In this document: positions 27,287 to 35,759 of the stretch, in pieces
How positions within the stretch are numbered: position 1 is the first letter of the stretch
How the letters are laid out: every line of letters starts with the position of its first letter
Origin: Clostridia bacterium
Lineage (GTDB): Bacteria > Bacillota > Clostridia > HGM11514
Assembly: GCA_045586685.1 (NCBI GenBank)
Contig: JAZNAU010000022.1
Span: 1-36,184, forward strand
Direction of reading: 5' to 3'
DNA length: 36,184 bases
Notes under the pieces: generated by a model
Database searches by the model: none
The model's input: the letters and a program-made list of their open reading frames with translations, nothing else
What the model was told of the DNA's origin: nothing
Made by a program: the position numbers and the translations under genes

Positions 27287-28636
27287 TTATAATTCTATTC
27301 TAAATTCCGTTCCCTTCCCAACTTCACTTTTTACAGTAATCTCTCCACCATGGAGTTCGATTATGCTCTTTACCATTGAAAGACCTAATCCGCTGCTGCC
27401 ATATTCGTCATTACGGACATCATCAACACGATAGAAGCGAGTCCATATTTTATCAATATGTTCTTCGGATATTCCTACGCCGTTATCTGCAACAACAATT
27501 TCTGTTCTATCACCAATTCTTGAAGCCGAAACGTTAACATGACCTGATTTATTACCATACTTGATTCCGTTGCTGATAAGATTTGTAATTGCAGAAAGGA
27601 GCAAAGATTCATCTGCATCTACAATCGTTCCATCGGGTACATTTGAGAAAAGCAATATTTCTTTTTGTAATGCAAATTCCTTCATACTGTCAATAGCAAC
27701 ATCAATAATTACACCAAGGTCAACCTTTTCCTTATTGAACTTCTGTCTGTGCTGATCTATCCTTGCAAGAAGCAAAAGTCTTGACACAAGCTTTGAAACC
27801 TGCTTTGATTTGTCAACGATAGTTTGTGCAAGTTCCTTTTCTTTTTCATCCTTTGCAATATCTAAAAGATACTCGCCCTGCGCAAGAATAACACTGATAG
27901 GTGTCCTCAATTCGTGAGACGCATCCGATGTAAACTGCTTTTCTTGAATAATAAGATTTTCAATTTTATCAAGCATATTATTAAGTGTGACCGACAAGTG
28001 ATGTAATTCATCTTCTTTGCTATCTGTCGATATTTCAATTCTTCGTGTGATGTCTTTTTGATGCGAAATATCATTTGCTGTTTTTACGATATTGTTTACA
28101 GGTCTGAACGCTCTTTTTGTAATGTAGTATCCGCCAAGGGCTGTTAAAAGTAAGATTAGTGGAATCAAAATAAGCATAATTACAATAGCAGACCTACCCA
28201 AAAGCATTGTGGAATTAACCGATTCCACACCTCGTATCCAAAATCCGCCACGCACACCGGGTGGAGTTGGAGTTTTAGTATCATAAACAATATATTCTTT
28301 TCCGTCAATACTTTCTCTACGGGGAATACCTTCTTCAAAAGGAATATTTACAACATCATAAATATATTGACCTACAATGTATTTTCCGCTTGCTTCGTAT
28401 ATGGATACATTCTTGAATTCTTCTTTACTATCAACCAAATCAAAAACATCTCTTTGCATTTTAGACAGTTTTTCTGTTACCTGTGTAACCTGCAAGATTA
28501 CATCCTTTTCTACGCTATCTATTGAAAGCTGATAGGATAATCCTCCAACTAAAGAAAGCACAACAAAAATAAGCACAAACATAAGAGACGTGTACCATAT
28601 TGTTATTCTTGTTTTTATAGAAGTTATCTTTTTCAT
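27287..28636 (-). CDS. Sensor histidine kinase (2 TM, HAMP, HisKA, HATPase)
   Basis: FTSDASHELRTP H-box, NLISNGIKY, DNGVGI, RFYRVD, GLGLSMVK. Confidence 0.95.
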   Translation of the reverse strand: MKKITSIKTRITIWYTSLMFVLIFVVLSLVGGLSYQLSIDSVEKDVILQVTQVTEKLSKMQRDVFDLVDSKEEFKNVSIYEASGKYIVGQYIYDVVNIPFEEGIPRRESIDGKEYIVYDTKTPTPPGVRGGFWIRGVESVNSTMLLGRSAIVIMLILIPLILLLTALGGYYITKRAFRPVNNIVKTANDISHQKDITRRIEISTDSKEDELHHLSVTLNNMLDKIENLIIQEKQFTSDASHELRTPISVILAQGEYLLDIAKDEKEKELAQTIVDKSKQVSKLVSRLLLLARIDQHRQKFNKEKVDLGVIIDVAIDSMKEFALQKEILLFSNVPDGTIVDADESLLLSAITNLISNGIKYGNKSGHVNVSASRIGDRTEIVVADNGVGISEEHIDKIWTRFYRVDDVRNDEYGSSGLGLSMVKSIIELHGGEITVKSEVGKGTEFRIEL

Positions 28637-28637
28637 A

Positions 28638-29309
28638 TCAATCTTCCTTAATTACATACCCAACATTCTTAATCGTGTGGAGTAGTTTTTTCTCAAAGTT
28701 ATCGTCAATCTTCTTGCGAAGATGGTGGATATATACCTTTATAACATCACTTGAGCCTTCATAATCATAGTTCCAAATGTTTTCTTCAATCTTTTCCTTT
28801 GAAACGATAATGCCTTTGTTTCGCATAAGGTATTCAAGCACAGAGTATTCCTTTGAAGAAAGTTCAATTACTGCATCTCCACGCTTTACAACTCTTGTGG
28901 TTGTGTCAATACTCAAATCTGCAATTTCAAGTATAGTGCCTGTAACAATCTCTTTTACACGGAGCATTACTCTGATTCTTGCACAAAGAATGTCAAAAGA
29001 GAAAGGCTTGGTAAGATAATCATTTGCACCTATGTCAAGTCCGTTTATTATATCTTCATCCGAGTCCTTTGCCGTAAGCATTAAAACGGGAGTGAGAATT
29101 TTCTTATCACGCATAATGCGTAAAACATCAAATCCGTTAATTTTAGGCAGCATAACATCAAGTATAACTCCGTCATACTTGGTGTTCTCTATATAATATA
29201 AAGCATCCTCGCCGTCAAAGCAATTATCAACTGTATATCCTATTTTTGTAAGTCTCTCTGTTAATGTCTTATTAAGATGCTTTTCATCTTCAACAACCAA
29301 GAGTCTCAT
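28638..29309 (-). CDS. OmpR/PhoB-family response regulator
   Basis: MRLLVVEDE, LDVMLP, LTAKD, GANDYLTKPF, VYIHHLRKKID, TIKNVGY. Confidence 0.95.
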   Translation of the reverse strand: MRLLVVEDEKHLNKTLTERLTKIGYTVDNCFDGEDALYYIENTKYDGVILDVMLPKINGFDVLRIMRDKKILTPVLMLTAKDSDEDIINGLDIGANDYLTKPFSFDILCARIRVMLRVKEIVTGTILEIADLSIDTTTRVVKRGDAVIELSSKEYSVLEYLMRNKGIIVSKEKIEENIWNYDYEGSSDVIKVYIHHLRKKIDDNFEKKLLHTIKNVGYVIKED

Positions 29310-29389
29310 AAATTCACCCCTTTTGCCTTTTAATTGTAACATATTATCATTTAAAATTCAACAAGACTGATTTTCTTACGTTAAAGATT

Positions 29390-29418
29390 TAAGGTGTGAC
29401 GGTTGTCGTCACACCTTA
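29390..29418 (-). terminator. Hairpin between CotH gene and response regulator
   Basis: TAAGGTGTGACG-GTTGT-CGTCACACCTTA, perfect 12-bp stem. Confidence 0.7.
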
Positions 29419-29423
29419 TTCAT

Positions 29424-31031
29424 TTACTCCTTTGATGAGCTTTGATTATTTTCTTCTGGCATTTTCCTGTCAGCATTATTTCGGTTTCCGCCAAAGCCAC
29501 CCATCATAAACTGTCCTAAATCAGAAAGATTCAGATGCGATGCATCAACAAGCTTTGTTGAGTCAGCCTTCTGCCCTTCTGATGTTGACGGTATTGTTCC
29601 GTCAAGCTGTCCCTTTATGCTTTCTGCACGAAGCATTGCTGCATCGTATAACACCTCTATACCCTTTACATATTCCTCATAGGTGTACATACTGTTGGGG
29701 TCAGCCTTTACAAGCTGGTCTATCTGGCTTGTAATTCTGTTATATGTTTCTTCAAATTTTCCGCCGTACAGATATTCATTCACAAGCTTATTGTAATATT
29801 CGTGGTAGCGTTCCAGATATTCTTCATTTTCAAAAACAAAATCGAAAAGCCTTGTTCCCTGCCACAAATCGTCAACAGGCTCATTTATAACCGTTGTTCC
29901 GTCTCCGCGATGCATTCCTCCAAAGGAAAGGTTATAATCCCATGGCAATATGCTGATTTGACCATTTGCCTCATACAGATAATAATTATGTGACATAGAA
30001 CCGCTTAAACTATCATCATTGACAGAAAAATTATGAACTGCCATATATTTAAGCACTTGGTCCACATCAATATACTTTTCAATATCTGTTGAACTATGCA
30101 CATTCTTTAAAGCCTTAACAACTCTTTCGTGGTCGGCCTTTGTGCTGTCATTAACTTCACTGTCCCATATTGTCTGGTAGCTGTCCAAATTATCATCGGT
30201 GTAGTTTAAATTACTGCCTCCGCCCATACCGCCAAAGCCACCGCGTCCTTCTTGTCCGCCATCGTCCGAGCTTGACATCTTGGGTCTGTTTTGCCCTGCA
30301 TTGTCAAAATTATCGGGCATTTTAAACCCACCTTCAGGTGGTATGGGAAAGTTAAAATTACCTTCTTGCTTTTTTCCGCCATTGTTACTGCCAAACCCCA
30401 TACTGTCAGGCTTGTACAAATATCCCTTTTCCATGCCATAGTTACGAAGCATAAAGCTGTCTTCAACGGCTTCAAGTGCAAGATACACGCCCCAATATTC
30501 GTTATTTACCGATATTTTTGCAAAGTTATATAACGACGCATCCACACCCATATATTGAAACATATCGTAGATGATAGCTTCCTTCATATTCGTTGTATCC
30601 GCATAGCTGTTATTTAAAACTAATTTATCAAGTCCAAAGCACGTCTGTCCGTCAACGAACTGGTCAAATTCAAGTTTAAAGCTGTATCTGTTATTATCAG
30701 GGTCATTTGCAATAGAGGAAAGACTTGTGTTGCCCTTAGGCCTGATACCAACCTGCTTAAACGTAGTGCCGTTTATAATAACATCACACTCGTAATACAC
30801 TTCCTGTATTGCATTACTTAGACTCTCGTTCCACTTTTCATCATCCATAATGATATCAATATCAAGAATATCACTGGTATCAAATAGCTTGTCCTCATAT
30901 TCCATGCTGTAACCAGAGGTATTTACAACAGGCAAAAGCTTATCATAAAAGCACATTGCAAGGATACATAAAATTAAAACAACAGATATAAGTATAATCG
31001 TTATTTTTGCAATATGTTTATTGGATATCAT
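29424..31031 (-). CDS. CotH kinase family protein with N-terminal membrane anchor
   Basis: GIRPKGNTS, SFKLEFD, KLVLNN, GVYLALEAV, GYLYK, NDDS, HNYYLY, LPWDYNLSFG. Contains a Gly/Pro/Met-rich insertion. Confidence 0.88.
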   Translation of the reverse strand: MISNKHIAKITIILISVVLILCILAMCFYDKLLPVVNTSGYSMEYEDKLFDTSDILDIDIIMDDEKWNESLSNAIQEVYYECDVIINGTTFKQVGIRPKGNTSLSSIANDPDNNRYSFKLEFDQFVDGQTCFGLDKLVLNNSYADTTNMKEAIIYDMFQYMGVDASLYNFAKISVNNEYWGVYLALEAVEDSFMLRNYGMEKGYLYKPDSMGFGSNNGGKKQEGNFNFPIPPEGGFKMPDNFDNAGQNRPKMSSSDDGGQEGRGGFGGMGGGSNLNYTDDNLDSYQTIWDSEVNDSTKADHERVVKALKNVHSSTDIEKYIDVDQVLKYMAVHNFSVNDDSLSGSMSHNYYLYEANGQISILPWDYNLSFGGMHRGDGTTVINEPVDDLWQGTRLFDFVFENEEYLERYHEYYNKLVNEYLYGGKFEETYNRITSQIDQLVKADPNSMYTYEEYVKGIEVLYDAAMLRAESIKGQLDGTIPSTSEGQKADSTKLVDASHLNLSDLGQFMMGGFGGNRNNADRKMPEENNQSSSKE

Positions 31032-31070
31032 ATTCCTCCTCCTTTTCCTTAAGATTTTTTCAGCCTTGCA

Positions 31071-31634
31071 TCAATAGTTCTTTCTTCTGTAGAAAATAAC
31101 AAAGATAAAAGCTAATACCAAAAGAACAACAGAGGTTATGGGAGCCGAATTTGTTTTGACAAAGCCTGAAAATCCCTGTGGCTGTTCTTCCTGAGCAGCT
31201 TGGTTAAAGCCTTGTAAATTACCTGGGAATCCGCCCATGTTTGCGGGATTTAATTCTCCAAACTGTTCATTTCCACCCTTTTCCTGGTTTGACTCATCAC
31301 CTATTTGTGATTCCTGCTGATTTGATGTTTCATCATTATCATTTGAAGTTGGATTTGTCGTTTCTGTAATTTGATCAGGGTTGCCCTGAAAAGGATTAAA
31401 TTCTCCGTCATTCTGCGGAGGTGTAAAGCCCTCCGGCGGAGCAAAATCACCTGAAGGCATTCCCCCGCTTGGCATATCAGGTGGTGTTCTTCCTTGCATA
31501 TTGCCGCTTGGCGGCGTTTTCTGTGATGCCTCCAAGCCAGAGCCATCAGTTACAACTCTTGTATTTTCAGCCATTGCAACTATACTGAACATCAGGCAAA
31601 GTGCAATAACCATTAAAATTGTTTTTTTCAGCAT
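31071..31634 (-). CDS. Secreted, intrinsically disordered protein with C-terminal TM anchor
   Basis: Signal peptide MLKKTILMVIALCLMFSIVAMA, P/G/S/T/Q/N-rich body, TM ITSVVLLVLAFIFVIFY plus RRKNY tail. AAAGGAG RBS. Confidence 0.8.
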   Translation of the reverse strand: MLKKTILMVIALCLMFSIVAMAENTRVVTDGSGLEASQKTPPSGNMQGRTPPDMPSGGMPSGDFAPPEGFTPPQNDGEFNPFQGNPDQITETTNPTSNDNDETSNQQESQIGDESNQEKGGNEQFGELNPANMGGFPGNLQGFNQAAQEEQPQGFSGFVKTNSAPITSVVLLVLAFIFVIFYRRKNY

Positions 31635-31652
31635 TTTTAGTCTCCTTTCGCC

Positions 31653-32324
31653 TTACGACATATACTCGCCGTTATAGGAAACTAAAACTGCATTTGTTAC
31701 ACCCTCACAAGCCGAGATTTTATTTACAAAGGCTGTGTTGTCGTCCTTGATTCGTACTTCATAGGTAAGCTCAACGCCTAATTTGTTTACTGATTTTGAT
31801 TTCAAAAGGCTCTTTTTAGCCTCTTCTTTAATAAGTTCATAAGCTGCATTTTCTGTTTCTCCGTTCTCGCAGCTTACTACAAGAATGTACGGAGTATCGC
31901 CGATTTTTCTTGTTGAGAAAACAACAATAATAATACCGATAATAACAGAGCCGATAATAGCAAGAGGCAAAAGCCCTGCACCAAGAACGATACCTACCGC
32001 TATTGACCAAAACAAAAATGCTATATCCATAGGCTCCTTAATTGCTGTTCTGAAACGAACTATAGAAAGAGCACCCACCATACCAAGTGATAATACAACG
32101 TTGGATGTTACTGCTATAATTACAAGGCTGGTTATCATTGACATTGCTATAAGCGATACACCAAATGAATCTGAATACATAACACCCTGATAGGTTTTTT
32201 TGTAAATCAAAAAAATAAACAGCCCCAATACAAAGGCAAGTCCCAGTGCTAAAAGCACATCTAATGTTGAAAAAGAATTAATGTTTGATAAAAAGCTTGA
32301 TTTAAATACATCTGAAAAAGTCAT
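31653..32324 (-). CDS. DUF4956 domain membrane protein (MgtC/SapB-like N-terminus, C-terminal ACT-like domain)
   Basis: SNVVLSLGMVGALSIVRFRTAIKEPMD, FLFWSIAVGI. Adjacent to VTC gene. Confidence 0.85.
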   Translation of the reverse strand: MTFSDVFKSSFLSNINSFSTLDVLLALGLAFVLGLFIFLIYKKTYQGVMYSDSFGVSLIAMSMITSLVIIAVTSNVVLSLGMVGALSIVRFRTAIKEPMDIAFLFWSIAVGIVLGAGLLPLAIIGSVIIGIIIVVFSTRKIGDTPYILVVSCENGETENAAYELIKEEAKKSLLKSKSVNKLGVELTYEVRIKDDNTAFVNKISACEGVTNAVLVSYNGEYMS

Positions 32325-32353
32325 GATTTCTTACTTCCTTTCGTTATGTTTGA

Positions 32354-33019
32354 TTATATTCTTACTGCCGCATATTTTGAGAAGGCGGCACTTCTTCTTG
32401 ATTTAACCTGAACACAGTCTCGGATAATCTGCGGAAGATATTCATCCCACTTTACCTCTAAAATTGAGTCGTGATAGGTTTGCAGAAAAGGTAAATCCTT
32501 ATTCAGAAATTCCTTTACATTGTTGCTGCCGCATATATCCCTGTCAAGTGTTACCCTGACATTTCCTGCGGGATACACAAAGCATTCCCGATTATACGCA
32601 ACAATACATTTGGGGCGAAGAAGCTGATATTTCATCTTTGAGTATAGCTCTCTCATCAGTTCATTCTCACTATCCCGCATAAATTCAATATCGCCGTCAA
32701 TAATCTTTTGACATTCTTCTTTAGTAATCCTACAACTTATTTTGTTGCATAAACCGTTTATCTTGCTCTTCTTCTCCAGTCGGATAAAGGACGTGTCCGT
32801 GCCGTAATACCTGATACGAAATTTTTCCCGTTTGTTGACTCCGTCAATCTTTTCCCTAAGAGCCTTGTCCATATAATTATCAAAATACAGACTTTTAACA
32901 AAATATGTTCCATCTGCACCACAATTCATATCGTGTTTTGCAACCGCAGAAAGTCTTGTTCTTAGACCATATATATCTGCAAGATTTATCTGATGCTTGT
33001 ATTCGTGTCTGAATTTCAC
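32354..33019 (-). CDS. VTC (polyphosphate polymerase, CYTH/triphosphate tunnel) domain protein
   Basis: RHEYK, SLYFDN, REKFRIRYY, LEKKSK, YNRECF, VRVTLD, ILEVKW, FSKYA. GGAGGTG RBS before GTG. Confidence 0.88.
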   Translation of the reverse strand: MKFRHEYKHQINLADIYGLRTRLSAVAKHDMNCGADGTYFVKSLYFDNYMDKALREKIDGVNKREKFRIRYYGTDTSFIRLEKKSKINGLCNKISCRITKEECQKIIDGDIEFMRDSENELMRELYSKMKYQLLRPKCIVAYNRECFVYPAGNVRVTLDRDICGSNNVKEFLNKDLPFLQTYHDSILEVKWDEYLPQIIRDCVQVKSRRSAAFSKYAAVRI

Positions 33020-33074
33020 CTGTTATCACCTCCATAGCCTATGTAATCCAAAGGTATTTCTCTATTTGATAGTT

Positions 33075-33106
33075 ATTATAAAAACCCAATGTTAAAGTAA
33101 AGTTAA
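33075..33106 (-). promoter_or_regulatory. Promoter of VTC operon with OmpR/PhoP-type direct repeat
   Basis: Minus strand TTAAC-TTTACT-TTAAC (11-bp period, 33106-33091) covers the -35 position. TATAAT at 33080-33075. Confidence 0.55.
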
Positions 33107-33119
33107 TCTAATAAAAAAA

Positions 33120-33146
33120 GCTGTAGCAAAATGATTTTGCTACAGC
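33120..33146 (-). terminator. Intrinsic terminator after AraC gene
   Basis: GCTGTAGCAAAAT/ATTTTGCTACAGC stem followed by a T7 run on the minus strand. Confidence 0.8.
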
Positions 33147-33163
33147 CCCCTTGTTTAATATTG

Positions 33164-34006
33164 CTACAAATTATGCTTTGCAATTCCTGACGGCGGATAG
33201 CCCTCATACTTTTTAAACAAGCGTGCAAAGTTTGCATAATCCTTAAAGCCTGTCATATAACAAGCTTCCTTCACTGATTTGCCCAGACATATATACTTTT
33301 TAGCTTCCGTAAGCTTGCGGATAATTATATACCTCTTTATACTTGTTCCTGTTTCCTGCTTAAACAGCCTGTTAAGGTAATCTCCGTCGATGTTATATTC
33401 CTTTGCTATATCCGAAACCGTTACTTTTTTAAAATTATGTTCAATAAATTTTAAAACGTTATCCACATAAGATACGTGTTCATCATCAAGATATTCCGTT
33501 TTTTCATTAGTGCTGAATACCTGTTTTAAAAACGCAAGCAGGGATAAAAACACAGAAAATGCCTGCAGGTAGTTTCCACGGTTCTTCAGGGCGATATATT
33601 CTTTTATTAAACTCACATAATGATTGCTTTGTTCCAAAGACAAATTTACCATTTTGAGCTTTTCCGAATTATCGTTGGTGAGCCACATAAGTTCATCCTG
33701 TGAATCAATAATTTTTGCAATCATATCAACTGTGTACTGGTCTATATTTATTATACAACGCTCATATTTTATGCCTTTGTTTACAAGAGCTTTGTGTGTA
33801 TAAAAACGCGGAATTACTATAAGGTCCCTTTCTTTGCACTTATAAAATTCGCCGTTAATCATAAAACCCTTTGCGCCATTTATATTATAATATATTTCAT
33901 AATGTCTGTGAAGATGGGGAACATTGGTATAGGATGCATCCTTTTGTCCATGTCCCACAACAATATTTTCTGCTTGCTCCTTGTATTCCAGGTCTATGTT
34001 ATACAA
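33164..34006 (-). CDS. AraC-family transcriptional regulator (cupin plus double HTH)
   Basis: PHLHRHYEIYY cupin, YLNRLFKQETG, GFKDYANFARLFKKYEGYPP. Likely TTG start at 34006 after GAGGTG. Confidence 0.9.
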   Translation of the reverse strand: MYNIDLEYKEQAENIVVGHGQKDASYTNVPHLHRHYEIYYNINGAKGFMINGEFYKCKERDLIVIPRFYTHKALVNKGIKYERCIINIDQYTVDMIAKIIDSQDELMWLTNDNSEKLKMVNLSLEQSNHYVSLIKEYIALKNRGNYLQAFSVFLSLLAFLKQVFSTNEKTEYLDDEHVSYVDNVLKFIEHNFKKVTVSDIAKEYNIDGDYLNRLFKQETGTSIKRYIIIRKLTEAKKYICLGKSVKEACYMTGFKDYANFARLFKKYEGYPPSGIAKHNL

Positions 34007-34047
34007 TGTAAACACCTCAAACTGAAACAAAAAATTTTGTTTTTTTA

Positions 34048-34980
34048 TTATTTTATTGCTAATTTTACAATCCTGTCAACCAACTGAGAAAAGCTTATTC
34101 CCACATACCTTGCGGAATCGGGAACAAGGCTGGTTTCTGTCATACCGGGTATTGTGTTTATTTCAATAACATACACATTGTCATTTTCATCAATCATAAA
34201 GTCAACCCTTGAAATTCCTCTGCAGCCTGTCTTTTTATATGCCTCCGCAGCGTAGTGTCTTATTCTTTCCTCTGCGGTTTTGCTTATTCTCGCCGGTATA
34301 ATATGCTGGCTCATACCCGGAGTATATTTTGATTGATAATCATAAAATTCATTTGATGCTGTTATCTCTATAATCGGCAACACTTCAGGATTATCATTAC
34401 CGATAACAGGAACACTTACTTCCGTACCTGCTACAAACTGCTCTGCCAACAGGCTATCATCATATTTTAAAACCTCTGTTATTGCATCAGATATATGTCC
34501 TTCTTCACGAACAATAACCACGCCTATACTTGACCCCTGACAAGGAGCTTTAATTACCATTGGTAACCCAAGTGCATTCATTAATTCTGCCGCTACCTTT
34601 TTTACATCTGCGCAATCTTCTCTCTTATATTCCACAGATTTAGGTGTAGGAATATTGCCCTGCAACAGGATTTTTTTGGTAAGGGTTTTGTCCATACATA
34701 TTGCACTTGCAGCAAGACCCGGGCCTGTGTAAGGAATGCCCATCCATTCCAGCAATCCCTGTATGCAACCATCCTCGCCGCCTTTTCCATGCAATGCAAG
34801 ATATGCAACATCAGGCTTTATTTCCGATATTTTTGCTATATTATCCGGCTTTATATCCAAAGTTTCAACGGTATATCCTGCTTCCTCCAGGGCTTTTGCC
34901 ACCGCAGCACCGCTTTTTAATGAAACCTCTCTCTCTGTAGATATTCCTCCCATTAAAACAAGCACTTTTTTATTATCCAT
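34048..34980 (-). CDS. ddl: D-alanine--D-alanine ligase
   Basis: GGISTEREVSLKSG, LHGKGGEDG, MDK, GSSIGV, FYDYQSKY (Tyr, D-Ala-D-Ala type), RVDF, EINTIPGMT. Confidence 0.95.
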   Translation of the reverse strand: MDNKKVLVLMGGISTEREVSLKSGAAVAKALEEAGYTVETLDIKPDNIAKISEIKPDVAYLALHGKGGEDGCIQGLLEWMGIPYTGPGLAASAICMDKTLTKKILLQGNIPTPKSVEYKREDCADVKKVAAELMNALGLPMVIKAPCQGSSIGVVIVREEGHISDAITEVLKYDDSLLAEQFVAGTEVSVPVIGNDNPEVLPIIEITASNEFYDYQSKYTPGMSQHIIPARISKTAEERIRHYAAEAYKKTGCRGISRVDFMIDENDNVYVIEINTIPGMTETSLVPDSARYVGISFSQLVDRIVKLAIK

Positions 34981-35072
34981 TTTATACTACCTCTTTAATA
35001 TGTATTATACTTATATGTTTATGTTATCTATTAATAATTATTATACATCAATATCTCATTATTTTCAATATA

Positions 35073-35101
35073 AAAAAGGAAACTCTGCAGAGTTTCCTTT
35101 T
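35073..35101 (-). terminator. Terminator palindrome
   Basis: AAAGGAAACTCTGCAGAGTTTCCTTT with A/T runs on both sides. Confidence 0.75.
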
Positions 35102-35702
35102 ATACAATCTTTTCAAAGTCATCAGGCCCATGCTTGCATAAGGGGCAAACAAAATTATCGGGTAGTGTTTCTCCCTCATAAACGTATCCGCAAATTGCAC
35201 ATCTGTACCCCTTTACCTTATTTTGAGGCTTTGGCTTAACCCTTGCATGATAGTCCTTGTATGTCATTGATTTATCATCATTCAAAATCTGAGCTTCCAC
35301 AAAATCCGCCACAAACATATAGTGAGTGCCTAGGTCAACTGTTTCCACAACCCTTGCGCTTACATAAGCGTTGGAATATTCAGAAAGGTACAAAAGACCG
35401 TTTTCACTGCGTTTTACATTCTTAAATTCCACAAATTTATTAACCTCTTTACCGCTTTGAAAACCAAAGTTTTTAAAAACGTCAAAGGTAGCATTTTCCG
35501 AAAGTATGCTTACGTTAAAAATCCCCGTTTTTCTTATCATATCTGAGGTTTTGTTAGTCTTGTTAACAACCACAGCTACTCGGTTAGGGTTGCTGGTTAC
35601 CTGACTGAAGGTATTTATAATACAACCATTGTCGAAATCATTTTCTCTAGCAATCAATACGTATAATCCGTAAGTAATTTTAAACAACGCATTAGTATTC
35701 AT
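35100..35702 (-). CDS. Flavin reductase-like domain plus C-terminal rubredoxin (high-molecular-weight rubredoxin type)
   Basis: ITYGLYV, NGCIINT, FGFQSG, DLGTH. C-terminal CAICGYVY...CPLC. Confidence 0.88.
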   Translation of the reverse strand: MNTNALFKITYGLYVLIARENDFDNGCIINTFSQVTSNPNRVAVVVNKTNKTSDMIRKTGIFNVSILSENATFDVFKNFGFQSGKEVNKFVEFKNVKRSENGLLYLSEYSNAYVSARVVETVDLGTHYMFVADFVEAQILNDDKSMTYKDYHARVKPKPQNKVKGYRCAICGYVYEGETLPDNFVCPLCKHGPDDFEKIV

Positions 35703-35759
35703 AAAGCACTCTCCTTCGTAAATATTTTTCTCAGATTTTTTTAAAATATCCCAAAAACA

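Noticed and set aside
29424-31031. CotH as a simple spore-coat gene
   Set aside because: It has an N-terminal membrane anchor and sits in a VTC/DUF4956 operon with a SigA-type -10 and no cot neighbours; the family name alone does not imply a coat role.
34048-34980. ddl near a two-component system as a van-type glycopeptide resistance locus
   Set aside because: The omega loop has Tyr (YQSKY) as in D-Ala-D-Ala ligases, there is no vanH/X/Y/T, and the two-component system adjoins the VTC operon instead.
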